From assembly GCF_009914755.1 (NCBI RefSeq), contig NC_060926.1: 64,000 nt of DNA, one strand, 5' to 3'. Positions 45,290 through 58,904 of the stretch are shown one piece after another. The position numbers were made by a program, and so were the translations under genes. The notes beneath the pieces are model-generated. The model was given only the letters and a program-made list of their open reading frames with translations, was not told where the DNA came from and searched no databases. The DNA is from the human T2T-CHM13v2.0 reference genome, Homo sapiens. The number at the start of each line of letters is the position of its first letter. The first letter of the stretch is position 1.

Positions 45290-45587
45290 GTCTGCCAATC
45301 TATCTTAACAATATTAAGTCTTCCTATCCATGAGCACAGAACATTTTTCTACTTTTTTAAGTTTTAATTTCTTTCAACAATGTTTTATAGTGTTCAGTGT
45401 ACAAGTATTGCACTTTCTTGGTTAACTTTATTGCTAAGTGTTTTATTCTTTGGATGCTATTGTAAATGAAATTTCCTTAATTTCATTTTTTTGATTGCTC
45501 ATTGCTAGTGTATAGACATAAAACTGATTTTTGTATATTGATCTTATATTCTGCAACTTTGCCAAACTTGTTTATTACCTATAATTT

Positions 45588-45643
<56 letters not shown>

Positions 45644-46095
45644 GCGGGGTTGGCTCTTTAGGGTTTTCTATATGGAAGATAATGTTATCTGTGAATTAGA
45701 GATAGTTTTACTTCTTCCTAATTTGGATGCCTTTTCTTTTCTTGCCTAATTGCTCTGGCTAGTACTTCTAGGATAATACTGACTGGAAGTAGTGAGCAGA
45801 CACCCTTGTCTAGCTCCCGATCTTAGGGGGAAAGCATCTGCTCTTTTATCATTAAGCATGATGTTAGCTGTGGGTTTTCCATGGGTATCTGTTCTAGCTG
45901 GAGGAGGGCTGCCTCTGTTCCTGGTTTGTTGGGTGTTTTTATCATGGATGGTTGTTGGGATTTTGTCAAATGCTTTTTCTGTATCTATTGAGATGGCCAT
46001 GTGGCTGTTATCATTTATTTATAGTTAGAGTATGTTATATTAATTTCAATATATAAAATCAACTTTGAATTCTTGGCATAAATCCCTAAGAAATA
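45290..46095 (-). mobile_element. Old L1M ORF2 fragment
   Basis: ORF 45746-46000(-) ISIDTEKAFDKI...KPTANIMLN...FPLRSGARQGC is the L1 RT region. Confidence 0.9.
45588..45643 (+). repeat. (TG)13 CG (TG)14 microsatellite
   Basis: Read directly; 56 bp of uninterrupted purine/pyrimidine alternation. Confidence 0.98.
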
Positions 46096-46237
46096 AATTC
46101 TTAAAACAACAGCAAGATGATAAATATGCTCATAATATTACATAGCAGTGTGGTGTTTCACATTTTTCAGGGAATTTTCACAAACAAAAAACCCTGGGTA
46201 AGTGACCACACAGTCACAGTTATTATTCTTATTAGTC

Positions 46238-46495
46238 AGTTACGTATTTTTGTGTATTTAGAGGGTACAAGTCCAGGTTTCTTACATGCATATACTGCGT
46301 AGTGGTGAAGTCTGGGCATTTAGTGACCCCATCACCCGAAGCGTAAACACTGTACCCAGTAGATAGTTTTTCAGCCTTCACTCCCCTCCCACCTTTCACG
46401 GTCTATTATTCCACTTTGTATGTCCATGTGTACCCATTGATTAGCTTCCACTTGTAAATGAGAACATGTGGTATTTGATTTTCTGTTTCTGAGCA
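46238..46495 (-). mobile_element. L1MA2/3-like 3' end inserted into a MIR (MIR ~46120-46215 and ~46500-46620)
   Basis: GGGTACAAGTCCAGGTTTCTTACATGCATATACTGCGTAGTGGTGAAGTCTGGGC; flanking repeat CACAGTTATTATT at 46215 and 46496. Confidence 0.88.
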
Positions 46496-46779
46496 CACAG
46501 TTATTATTATTAGTCTTCATTTTACAAGGAAAGAAACAAAAGCTCAGAAACTTCTCCAAGGATACAACATTGGCAAATGGCAGAGCCACGACCTGGATTC
46601 AGGTCTTCTCATTTGTGGTCTAAATAGTCACATGCACGGAGAGAGTGTTACAGTTATACTGAAAAGATAGCCGCACATCATTATAAGAAAAGATAAAGAA
46701 CACATCTCATTCAAAACTAGAATCCCAGCATCTGAAGGACTACTGAAGTGTCTAATGAGCATGTGTTCATAATCCTTTT

Positions 46780-48478
46780 CTATGGGTTGTTCTGATCACT
46801 GTAGGAGGAGCAGGACTTATCTCCCATCTCCAAACACTCTCCCTTGACCTCACAGCAGACTAGAGCAACTATCCCATTTCTCTGCTCCTCTTTATAGCAA
46901 AACTCTCCATCTAAACTCCCTGTCCTGATTCCAGTCTGTGCTTCAAGCTGACGCTGGTCTGGCATTCCTGGGGCTGATTCTCAGTTTCCCGCCTACTGAA
47001 CCTCTCAGCGCTCTGTCTGAGTAAATAATTCTCTCCTAGATGGATCACTTTCCTCCTGGCCATCAAAACATCTACTCTTAGCTTCTCCTTCCCAGGTTCC
47101 TTTGTAAGATCCTTCTCACCTTCCTGATTTTTATATGACTGTGCAACCCAGGGTTTGGCTCTACAATCACTTCCCTTTTCCAGATATACTTATGTTCTGG
47201 ATGATCTCATCCTGGCCACGTTTACCCTGCCAAACTACACCTTTCGCCTGAATGCCAAACTTGTGCATCTAACTGCTTCCCAGCTACCTCCACTCTGATA
47301 TCTGAATAGAACCCTAAGTGTACACATTTAAAACTCAACTCTCGAGTTCCACCACAAACCTGCTTTTTCCATTGTCTTCCCCATCTTAGTGAATGGCAAC
47401 TTCATTCTTCCATTTGTTCAGATCCAAACCCTGGACTCATCTTGACTTCTCTCTTTCTTTCACCCTGAGCATGCCATATATTACTGAATCCTGATAGCCC
47501 AACCCTCAAAATGTATCCTGGATCTAGTCACCTGCGACCTCCAAGGCTGCCCACCTTAGTATACAACACTGTCATCTCTCATTTGACTTTTCCTGAGGTC
47601 TCTTGCTTCCACCCTTGTTCCCTGACAAGCCTCTTCTCCCTATAGCAGCCAGAGGGATCATTTAAAACACAAAACAGATCATGTCAGTCTTCTGCTGAAA
47701 AACTTCCAGTGGCTTCTTATCTTATGGAGAATGAAACCCAAGGTTCTTGGATCTGGCCCTGGTTCCCTCCATGACTCAGTACTCATCATTCTCCCCTTAC
47801 TTACTCTACTTTAGTTACAATGATTTTCTCCAAACAAACCAAACAGGTTCCTGCCTCAGGACCTTTGCACCTACTGTTCTCTTGGCCTGTCCACCCTTCT
47901 CCATGTCAGCAATGCCACTCCCTCCCTTACTTGATAGATCTCTGCTCAACCACGACTTCAGCAGAGAGGGCTTCCCCGTCTGCCCTATCTTAAATAACAC
48001 CAGCCCAGTCATTCTCTATTCCCTCACCTTGCCTTATTTTTCTTCTTAGCACTTATCACTGCCTACCATTTATATATTTATTGGTTTATCTGTTTATTAT
48101 CTCCCCTTGCTAACATGTAAACATCATGAGAATAGGAAACCTTCTCTGTTTGTTCATTGCTATATCTTAGGGCTGGGTCAGCAAAACAATGGCTGCCAGG
48201 CCAAACTGGCCTGCCACATTATTTTAAACGATGTTTTACTGGAACACAGCCACACCACTTCACTCACTGCTGTTATCCATGGGTGCTTCTGTGCTATAGA
48301 AGCATAATTGAGTTGTCACATCAGAGACTGGATGGCCCTCAAAGCCTAAAATGTTGACCATTTGGTCCTTTCCAGAAAACGTTTGCTGGCTCGTTTTGGG
48401 GTCTAGAAGACAATGCTGGCACACAGTAGAGGCACCAAACACATTTGCTCGATGAATAAATGAATGAATGAATGAAAT
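46780..48478 (+). mobile_element. L2a long fragment including 3' terminus
   Basis: CT-rich L2 motifs (CCCCATCTTAGTGAATGGCAAC, CAGCCAGAGGGATCATTTAAAA, CCTCAGGACCTTTGCAC) ending GGCACACAGTAG...(TGAA)n. Confidence 0.85.
48174..48398. mobile_element. MER58A-like hAT-Charlie MITE nested in L2
   Basis: GGGTCAGCAAA...TTTTACTGGAACACAGCCAC...AAAGCCTAAAATGTTGACCATTTGGTCCTTTCCAGAAAACGTTTGC. Confidence 0.82.
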
Positions 48479-51400
48479 AAAAGAAGAAACCAAGAAGCGG
48501 ATTAAGAAATATTATACCAAAAGGGCATTTGCATTTGTTACCAGATTAACCAAGTATAGCAAAATATTAGAAAGAGTGATTTAAACTTAACAGAAATCCA
48601 AATAAAGAAAAAAAAAATCTTATAATTCTGTTTTCTATAAATTAAGAATTATATGAGGTGAGGGAAATGCTGGGGTGAATACTGCTAGCCTGTGTGACAT
48701 TCAAGCTTATACAGAACTTTATTATCTGGGGGACTTCAGTTCAAATAAATGAACCCACACACACTAAAAACGATCGCTTCAGAAACCTGAAAGGGTTTTT
48801 TCTTTTTCTTCTTTACAGATCTTCTTTACATTCAGGCCAATGTTTTGATTTTCCATTTCCCCTTGGGCATGAAGACAGTTTTCTTTTGGAGTTGGGGTCC
48901 CCACATTGTAATAACTGTTAACAGAGTGCACCTGAAAGGCTTAAAGGTAGACCCTACCAAAAGCCCTTTGGCCCAAACATCTGTAAATGCTAGTGAACAT
49001 TATCAGATAAAGAAGCAGGATTCCCTTTTTATGTTTTTAAGGTACCAATTCTGCCAGCATGAGAGAGAGTAGAAGGAACAGAACTCAAAAAGTACAAGGT
49101 CAGAGTTAAAATTTTAAAAGATGGTACAAAGTCCCCAGTGAACAGTTGCAGGACACACTGCCTGAGCTGTGCTGCCGCCATAGGAAGAGGGGCCTGCCAT
49201 AGTCCTGCAAAGCTTTTCCGCGGCAATCCATCTGAAACTGCTCCTGAAACTTTGTCAACTTTGACCTGCAACACTGGTTCTCAAGAAAGCCAGTCAACAA
49301 GCATTTGCTCAAGTCCTTCTATGCTTTACTTTGAGTTTAACATCAAAGGCTCAGGCCTCTCTTCTGATATTTGACCACTTTGACTGGTAATTAGGTTTGT
49401 GGATGAACAAACACCTCCATCTCAACACACGTACAAATGCAGTGTTCATGGCAAACTCAGAGACAAGACTTCTGCAGGTAACATTAGTGTTCTAAAACCC
49501 ACAACAACACACAAAGTATTTTAAACTAATGGCATTTAGAAATCCAGAAGCAAAAAAGACACAAATTCTTATTTTGGCACATGAGTGTGTAGAGGATCTG
49601 TTTTCTCAAGCACAAATATTTTCCAAACAAATAGTTTTAAACATCCAAAAAGTCTGTCTTTCCTTGCTGTTTTAGAAAAGTTCCTAGGGCTTCTGAGAAT
49701 TTTATGAGAGATTAAAGACAGTCAATGGCTGCTTGGTACCTGGCGCCCAGGCTGGACTTATCTTTTCTTCGCATATCTTTGGCAGAGGATAGCGGTAGAT
49801 AAAATCCATTATTGACAGAAGGAAAACAGACAATGAGCAGAGAAGTAAATGAGAAAGCTTCATTATTTACCCAACTTTGAAATGGTAATAAAGCTTTTGC
49901 TCTATCCCAAAGTTTGACAATTGCCATGCACTGCCAACCCCTACCTCTCAAGTCCCCTTTAATATCCTCCTCCAAACTTGAGGGGTTCCAACTGTGGAGA
50001 TTCTGAAAAGCTGTTGCACACCACCTCCTCTTCTAGAGCCTGCCTATCCCAAGGGGCTGACGCACTGTCAGTGTCTGGGGACGCTGGGTAGACAATGCAA
50101 ACGAGAGGGTGTAAATGTAAATTCTGCATTTGGGTACCAGTGGCTGTGCTGCAGTGTGAGGGAACTCATCCATCTCAGGAACTCTGGCCTCTCTCACGAG
50201 AGAAGAAAGATGCCCTGTGAGAGCAGAGGAATACACGGCACAGGAGGATTCACTTCTGCCTCACACTGTCCTAAGGACTAAGCCATGCTGGCCACTGACG
50301 AAATACGTGTTCTTTTATTAACCAAACAACATCTTTGCTCAAATCATCTGTAGCAAATCATTTAGCCTGACTGCTTTTCTGGAATCCAGAGCTGTCTTTC
50401 TAAAATTTGTGATGTGGAAGCTGTCATTTGCAGAAACTTCCAGAAAAAGAAAGAATGGTCAGGAGACCATACTGAAGGTATATATCCAGCCACTTTTCTA
50501 AAATATTTTATTCTTGCTGTGGTACATGACAGGGCCCCCCTGGAAAGGGAAAGTGATTCAAGAGGGTCTCCTATACCTGACTTGAGCGGTAAATCAACAA
50601 ACCCTTTCAGCACCTACTATGTGCTAAACATAGATATTGTATTTCATCAATTATATATTGCCCGTTGCAAGTACTTTTTGAAGCTGCATTAACTCTCTTT
50701 GATCAAAAACTTACTTTTTAAGCACATCCAAGTGTTTCTGAAAAGTATTCAAAGAAAACACTAAGGTAACCTCTGCAGATGCCTTGCCGAGAGGCCAGTC
50801 TGCATTCCCCTTGCCAGTGGCTCTAGCATAAGTGATTAGCAGGGGGGTTAAGACCCAAAGCCCCTCAGGGAATCTGGATACAGCATCTGTCAATCAGAAC
50901 CAAGCCCAGATAGCCCAGTTACCAGAACTTTGTCCTCTTGGATAGTTTCCCATCTAGAAACAAGATTTGGGTGAGTCTCCACAAGTCTGCCGTTTTCAGC
51001 ACACTCGTGGATGGTCTGGAGGCATTCTTTGGGTTGTTGCGGAGCATGTGTGTATATTTCAGTGTAGTAGTATCCTGCCAAACCTCTGCAGGCTCTAAAT
51101 ATGATAGAGCACGGTAGTCTCGCAAAGGGAATGTGCTGCACAGCACAGAAAGGAGATGAAAGGTACAAGGCCTTGGAGTTAGTCCCTCTAGAGGCCTGAA
51201 ACAAGCCCAGAGCAAAGGGTGACCGGATGGCAAATAAAAGTGCACAGCTCAGTAAATTATGCAAGTTCACATTACATGCTAGTATGATATTGGAACGGCA
51301 TAAAGCTTTGCGCAGTATTAAGACATTCTGTTTCTCAACTTTAAAATCTTAGGCTATCGGCATTTGAGAGAAGAAGCTCTATCAGGCATTTCGCTGCAAG

Positions 51401-52258
51401 AGCAATTTTATTCTACTGAATAATGTGGACTTACTTTCTCTTAGCCACTTTTTATTTTAGGATATGAAGTATTAATAGGTATATACCAAATGTAACTGTA
51501 TTGTCCTATCATTCAGTCCATACCTTTCAGGTGATCTCTATAGGCTGATCTTGAGGTGAGTACATTTTAAGTTATTAGAGTTTAAAAACTCATGATAGCC
51601 TGATCAGGAGGTTGTGTTCAGCTTCCTCTTTGCAAATATGTCTTTGCTACCGTGGCTGGCGTGTTCCCTCACTCCTTAACTCCAGCTCTGCAATTATCCT
51701 GACTTGTTTTTAAACCATTGCATGTTGCTGAGTGTTTGCATACAGCAGCGATGTTGCGCCCTCTGAGGTTTTAGTCACTTATCCTCATTTATATCCCTGC
51801 TTGTGTCCCGGTAGCCAGGAGAGAATGCAGATGTGGAAAGAGCAGGAGAGTGAGTTCCAGTTACTGCAGGTCAGCCTGAATTGGCTTGTCTGTTCTTAAT
51901 CGAACTCTGGCAAAGCCACTCCAGGTTCTAATCTATGTGGACCTCTATAACAGAAAGCAAGTGAAATCGAGAATTACAGTCATGCAGTCCACGACAAATG
52001 AAAATCTATGTTACTACCTTAGTGCCACACTCACATTAAACGGCCATTTCCAAATTTAAAGTAATAGCACAGAAGTGGCTTCTACCTGCCTTTATAAGGA
52101 CAGCGCTAGTTCGAAAATTATATCCAAATCTCCAAAAATTACCTGTAAAGGTTACAACTACCAGAGACAGGAAGATTAGCTTAGAAATAATAAAACTTTA
52201 CTCTCTCCTTATTCCTCTTCTCTTTTTACAATGCAATCTCATCACAGGTTCTACATGA

Positions 52259-52727
<469 letters not shown>

Positions 52728-52874
52728 TTAAGTGATTTAAGAAGAACTTGAGTTCACTTAGTGCCTGTGCCCCATTGACATAGTCTCTGCCTGATGCCCC
52801 ATGGCCATTCGTTGAGTGCGGACTCTCAAATCTTGCACAATTACGGGTGCTTTCTGCAAAAGGATGGTAGGGAG

Positions 52875-53100
52875 ATGAAGGGTTTGGGCTTTTTATTCTG
52901 ACTGCCATTTCTTCTCTGTACTCTTGGGAATGTTGTTTAATCCCTCAGGCTCAGTTTCCTCATCTGTAAATGGGGACTGGAGATTGATAACGGTATTTGA
53001 CTCATGAGGCCAATGTGAGGCTCCATGAGATATTGGCACTAAAGCCACCATCAGTCCGCACACACTAGCTCAGTGTACATCCGTTAATGTCAGTTGTGGC
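52875..53100 (+). mobile_element. MIR
   Basis: MIR core CTCAGTTTCCTCATCTGTAAATGGGGA. Confidence 0.8.
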
Positions 53101-54624
53101 TATTGCAATGATTAAAGATTAACACGGCCATAAAGCGAAAGGTAGAATATTGAATGTTCAGATAAAATAAAGTTCACCTTTAAAACAACAGATGTTTAAA
53201 AAAATCAAGATTTTCCACCTTTTACTTCTTGATCTTACATGGTAATAATGCAAGTATGACAGCGCAATGCAGTAAGCGTAAGGTTGATAATTGTGGCTCT
53301 GCCCAGAAATCAGGGGTGTGGGGGCCAGTAAATAGAACAGATACTGAAAAACATTTGTGGGTTTTATGCCGTAGTGCTATAAAGTTGCATAGTAAAAAAA
53401 AAATAAACTATAACTTCAAACTAATCCTTTTATGCCAGCATGCTGTAAAATATTTAGAGGATTCGGGCTGGCTTTAGTGATGGATTCAATGTGCCGTGGA
53501 GTTTTGTCCTTTCCCAAACTTTAGCTGCAATGGCTGAATTCCCACCACACCATCTGTTCCTGACACTTGGTCTCATTAGTACGAGTATTTTTATTGATAC
53601 ACGCAGTAATGCTTCTCATACCATCTTAGCTAAGCATTATTTATTGTATCTATATATACAACAATATTAACACAGTCAAGCACCAGGATCGGTACTTGAG
53701 GGCATCATTAAAATCAGCCAGTGTTCAGTGAGAGACTTAATGATGGATTTAATAGTATTAAATGGGCAAAAATGCCCTTGGCCTTTACATGCTCATTTAA
53801 AAACATATAAAAGAGCAGTAATTCAGGCAGTTATACTTCTCTCAAAGATTTTGCTCTAAATCACAGATGGCAGCGGGAGGCCACGGCTGTGTGCTGGCTC
53901 ACACCCCACTCACTCCAACCGAAGCCAGAAGTGCTCGTTGGGTCATAATTAGCAAACCACCCGCAAACTCGACTCTTTAAATCAGAGGCCAGTGACTGCC
54001 AGGCTGGGGCATAGACGGGAGAAAACAAGCAGAAATGGTCAAGGTGCTCTCTGGAGCCTGCCTTCGGATAGCTGTGACCCCCACGTTAGGCATCAAGACA
54101 GGGTTCCACACCTGCGCCGCCACCCCTGCAGTGTGAGCGCTGTATTTTGCTTTCTGAGAAAGCCTCACGGTTTGGCTCTTTGGTGCATGAGGCTTTAAGG
54201 CGATGTGCCCCCTGCCCAGCTGTTGCCCAGCTCCCAGCCCTTGCCACAGACAGCATACATCTCTGTTTTAGAAACAAATCATTTAGTCACTTAATCATGA
54301 ATTCCCGATGATGTACGTCCTGCAGAGGTCTGAGCTGGGGCTGCTGGTCTGAAAGTCTACGTACTTCTGACTGGAGACTTAGGCTAGGCTGGGTTTCAAA
54401 TTTGGATGAAGACGGTTTTGGCTGAGCAGGGAGAAGAAAACAAACGAACGAACAAACAAACAAACAAACAACAATCCGGGAGCCTGGAGTTTGCTGAGAG
54501 GCTCAGCTTTGGGGAGATCTGGGGCTGGCCATCCTTGGAGTCTGCTTCCTTATCAGCAAACGCCTCCTAAAGTTGTTATGATACTTCTCAGAACTAGACA
54601 GCATATATGAAATCAGATAATGCA

Positions 54625-55813
54625 CAGTTGTGCACTACTTGGTGACATTTTGGTTAATGACAGACTGCATATATGAGGGCAGTCCTGTAAGATTATAATG
54701 GAGCTGACGTCCTATCACCTAGTGATGCAATAGCCATTGTAATGTCACAGTGTAACACATTACTCACCATTGTGGTGATGCTGGCGTAAATAAACCTAAT
54801 GCGATGCCAGTCATATAAAAGTATGGCACATACAAAATTATGTACAGTACATACTATTTCATAATGATAATAAACAATGATGTCACAGGTTTATGTATTT
54901 ACTACATTACACTATACTTTTATTATTTTAGAGTGCACTCCTTCTACTCATTAAAAAAAAGTTAACTGTAAAACAGCTTCAAGCAGTTCCTCATGAGGTA
55001 TCCAGAAGAAGGCACTGCTATCAGAGGAGAGGACAGCTCCACGCATGTTACCACCCCTGAAGACCTCCCAGTGGGACAAGATGTGGAGGTGGAGGGCTGT
55101 GATGTCGATGATCCTGACCCTGTGCAGGCCTACACTAATGTGCTGTGCCTTTGATTTTAGCCCAAAAAAATTAAAAAGAAAAGCATTTTTAATGAAAAAA
55201 GCTTACAGAATAAGGATGTAAAGAAACTATTTTTGAATAGTCGTACAGTGTTGTTTGTGCTTAAACTAAGTGTTATTACAAAAGAGTCAAAAATTACACA
55301 ACTTTAAAAATGTATAAAGTAAAAAGGTTACAGTAAGAATAGGCTAAGGTTAATTTATTACTGAAGAAACAGAAGTTTTTTAAAAATAAATTTAGTATAG
55401 TCTAAGTTCACAGTGTACAGTAGTGTACGATAATGTCCTAGGCCTTCACATTCACTCAGCACTCACTCACTGACTCACCCAGAGCAACTTCCAGTCCTGT
55501 AAGCTCCTTTCGTGGTAAGGGTCCTATGCAAGTATACTATTTTTAAAAAATCTTTTATGCTGTATTTTTACTCTACCTTTTCTGTGTTTAGATACATATA
55601 TAGTTATCATTGTGGCACGATTGCCTATAGCATTCAGTATAGTAGCATGCTGTGCAGGTTTCTGGCCTAGGAGCAACAGACCATACCATATAGCTTGAGT
55701 GTATAGTAGGCTATACCATCTTAGTTTGTGAAGTGTGATGTTCACAAAACAATGAAATGGCCTAACGACACATTTCTCAGAACATATCCATATTGTTATA
55801 CCATGCATGACTG
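54625..55813 (+). mobile_element. Tigger3b (Golem) non-autonomous DNA transposon, near full length
   Basis: Termini CAGTTGTGCA... and ...TGCATGACTG; internal GTCCTGTAAGATTATAATGGAGCTGA, CACTCACTCACTGACTCACCCAGAGCAACTTCCAGTCC. Confidence 0.88.
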
Positions 55814-55865
55814 CATATGAAATGCTTCATACAAAGCTTGGCATTCATAATTTTAATAAGTTGTT

Positions 55866-56182
55866 GGCCAGGTGCGGTGCCATGCCTGTAATTCCAACTC
55901 TTTGGGAGGCCAAGTTGGGAGGACTGCTTGAGGCCAGGAGCTCGAGACCATCCTGGGCAACACAGTGAGACCTGTCTCTACAAAAAATTATCTGGGCATG
56001 GAAGTGCATGTAGCTGGGCAAGGTGGTACATGCCTGTAGTCAAAGCTACTTGGGAGGCTGGGGCGGGAGGATTGCTTGAGTTCAAGAGTTCGAGGCTGCA
56101 GTGAGCTAACTATGCCACTGCACTTCAGACTAGGTAACAGAGTGAGGCCCTGTCACCAAAAAAAAAAAAAAAAAAAAAAAAA
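55866..56182 (+). mobile_element. AluJ with 22-bp internal tandem duplication
   Basis: Sense dimer with J-type GGAGGATTGCTTGAG; A-tail. Confidence 0.93.
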
Positions 56183-57280
56183 GTAGTTGAGGATTCAGGC
56201 CACTGGTTCTGCCTTCTTTTCCAGACACCCTAGAAATCATGAGAATGGAACCAGAATGACAGTATGGCTGCCCTCTCCCAGAACTTCCACCAGGCCTCTC
56301 TGCATCCCCCCTGGGATTAACCTGCATGGATGGCAGCCCAGCTTCTTCCTGCCTCTGGCCTCAGGAGAGACTTTCATTTTGGAACTGCTGACAATCACAT
56401 CAAGAACAGGTCATGTCAGGAGAGGCTGGGAATGATATTGCTCGAGGATTCGGAGGCTGCTTCCATGGGAAGTTACAGACCTAACTGAGTCCTTCTCACA
56501 CTTCTTAAAGGCTTTCAGGAAAAATAAACATCAGTGGCATAAGCGCAAGCTCTGCAAATTAAAAGATGGCTACAAAATGATCTTCTTTGCATTTTAAGCA
56601 AATTACAGAATCATTCAACTAATTTCAACAATGAAAGGAATGTAGATCCAGTGAAAATTACACATGCATGGACCCTGGTGATGATACCTAAAATTAGATT
56701 GTTGATGGCAGCTCCTGCAAAAATAAATGCAAAGTGATTGCTCATCAGAAAATACATACTGAGTTCCCATGTGAAACTCCTGCCTGTGATAAATTCTTCC
56801 AACGAAATGACTACTCAAGCATTTACCAACCTGCCTTAGAAAATAGTGCAAGCTAATGTTTCTTGTCCAAAAATGTGTATACAGCACAGATAAGAAAAGA
56901 AATGTGACAGTAACAGCAGAGTCTTGAACTGGCTGAAAAGCCCATACAGTAAGTGCTATAAGGACATCAACTAGGAACTGGCCTAACGTGGTAACTAGTG
57001 TCTGACAGCAGCACCCACAGCAAGACAACTCAAAATTTATTAATTAAACTACCACAGGCTTTCAACATCTACATACAATGGGCCTAAGGCTTTGTAATCT
57101 TTGAATGAAATACACTACAGAGAACCTCCTAGTGAATGAATGAAAGATCTAAGATTTTCTTCTCTTTGCAAAGGAACCCTGAGCTGTATTCATGCATTTG
57201 AGGATAAGATGTTTCCTTTATGGAGGAGTTTGCTTTTACAATTTTATTATCAATATCCATTAAGTAGCAACTGAATTTTA

Positions 57281-57465
57281 TAGCAGGTTTCAAACAGGGG
57301 CAATGTCTGGAGATATGTTTGGTTGTCATAACAGAGTGGGTGCTACTGGCATCAAGTGGGTAGATGCCAGGGGTACTGCTAAACATCCTACAGTGCATAG
57401 GAGAGTCCCACAACCAAAAATTATCTGGCCTAAAATGTCCATAGTCCTAAGGCAAAGAAACCCTG
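57281..57465 (+). mobile_element. MER20 (hAT-Charlie)
   Basis: GCAATGTCTGGAGA...GCTACTGGCATCAAGTGGGTAGA...CTGCTAAACATCCTACA...GAAACCCTG. Confidence 0.9.
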
Positions 57466-57504
57466 ATAAATATACAACAATCTACAACTCTGATAAATGT
57501 ACGG

Positions 57505-57775
57505 TGATTGTACTCTGGGTATTTACTCAAGATAAATGACAACACACGTCCACACAAAAACTTGCACACGGCATAGCTTTATGTACAACAACCCAAACCG
57601 AAAACTCGAAATATCCATGGCAAATAAACAATGGATAAAGAAATTATGATATACCCATAGAATGGAACGCTTCTCAGCAACAGAAAGAACGAAGCGAGTA
57701 CACAAAACATGAGTAAATCTCAAAAACAGTTTGGTAAGTAAAAGAAACCAGGCACAAAGAGTATATTCCATCTTT
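57505..57775 (+). mobile_element. Old L1 (L1MC-ME) ORF2 end/3'UTR fragment
   Basis: GGGTATTTACTCAAGATAAATG...GTCCACACAAAAACTTG...ATGGATAAAGAAATT. Confidence 0.72.
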
Positions 57776-57940
57776 TTCTAGACAGGTGATGTTCTAGAAC
57801 TGGCCATGCCGAACTAGGCTATACAGACCACAGGCACTTCAGTGATCATGTTGGCCTGGGGATAGGAGAGTAAGGGTTGAGGTTCCTCTTCTTTTTCTTT
57901 ATTCAAGATGGAAATGTGTTGAAAATTAGTTGGTAACATA

Positions 57941-58276
57941 CAGTTGTCCCTCGCTACCCTTGGCGGATTGGTTCTAGGACCCCTGTGGATACCAAAATCT
58001 ACGGATGCTTATATAAAATGATATACAATGGTGTGTTTCCATGTAATTCTCCTATGTACTTTAATAAATAATCCCTAGGTTACTTACAACACCTAATGTC
58101 ATGTAAATACCATGTAGATACTTGCTTTATTGCACTGTTCGGGGAATAATGACAAGAAAAATAGTCTGTGCCTGTTCAGTACGGATGCACCATTCTTTCC
58201 CTGGCGCCTGAACGTTTTTGATCTGCGGTTCATTTAACCTGTGAATGTGGAACCCACAAATACAGAGAGCCGACTG
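57941..58276 (+). mobile_element. MER2 (Tigger-family MITE)
   Basis: TA|CAGTTGTCCCTCG...GATTGGTTCTAGGACCCC...GAGAGCCGACTG|TA; TIRs and TA TSD. Confidence 0.9.
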
Positions 58277-58278
58277 TA

Positions 58279-58904
58279 CAGTCAACCTTCATTATTCACG
58301 GATTCTTTATTTCTGAATTTGCCCCCTCATTAAATTTACTGATGCCCCAAATTTCATACTCACAGTGCTTTCCTGGTCATTCATGGACACGCACAGAATG
58401 GTGAAAACCATGACTGGCCCAATGTGCATGTTTCCAGACAAGGCTGAAAAAGGTGACACGCTGTCTTCTTGTTTCAGCTTTCCTACTGTCCTTTTTGTGG
58501 TATATTTAGTGCCATATTTTTTGCAATTTTGTGTTTTTCTTTTTTTTTTTTTTAATTTTGCTGTTTAAAATGGACCCCAGGCATCGTGCTCAGTGCTGTC
58601 TAGTGATCCCAAGTGCAAAAAAGTTGTGATGTCCCTTATGGAGGAAATAAGTGCATCAGATATGCTTCATTTGGGCATGGGTTATAGTGCTGTTAGCTGT
58701 GAGTTCAGTGTTAGTGAATCAACAATATATGTTAAATAAGGTGTCTTTAAACAGAAACACACATACAACAAGGTTATATACTGATTGGCTGATGTGTGAT
58801 CGAAGGCTCACAGCAACTTAACTTTGCATTTTCCCTAGGTTCAGTATTTGCTAATTCAGTATGACTCTGTAAAACATAATACCATGAATAATGAGAATGG
58901 ACAG
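58279..58904 (+). mobile_element. MER82 (Tigger-family)
   Basis: CAGTCAACCTTCATTATTCACGGATTC...GTTATAGTGCTGTT...TGAATAATGAGAATGGACAG; termini are inverted repeats. Confidence 0.85.

Noticed and set aside
50414-50692. 92-aa plus-strand ORF with a possible 44-nt exon (50434-50477)
   Set aside because: Weak splice sites, non-ATG start, no recognisable protein
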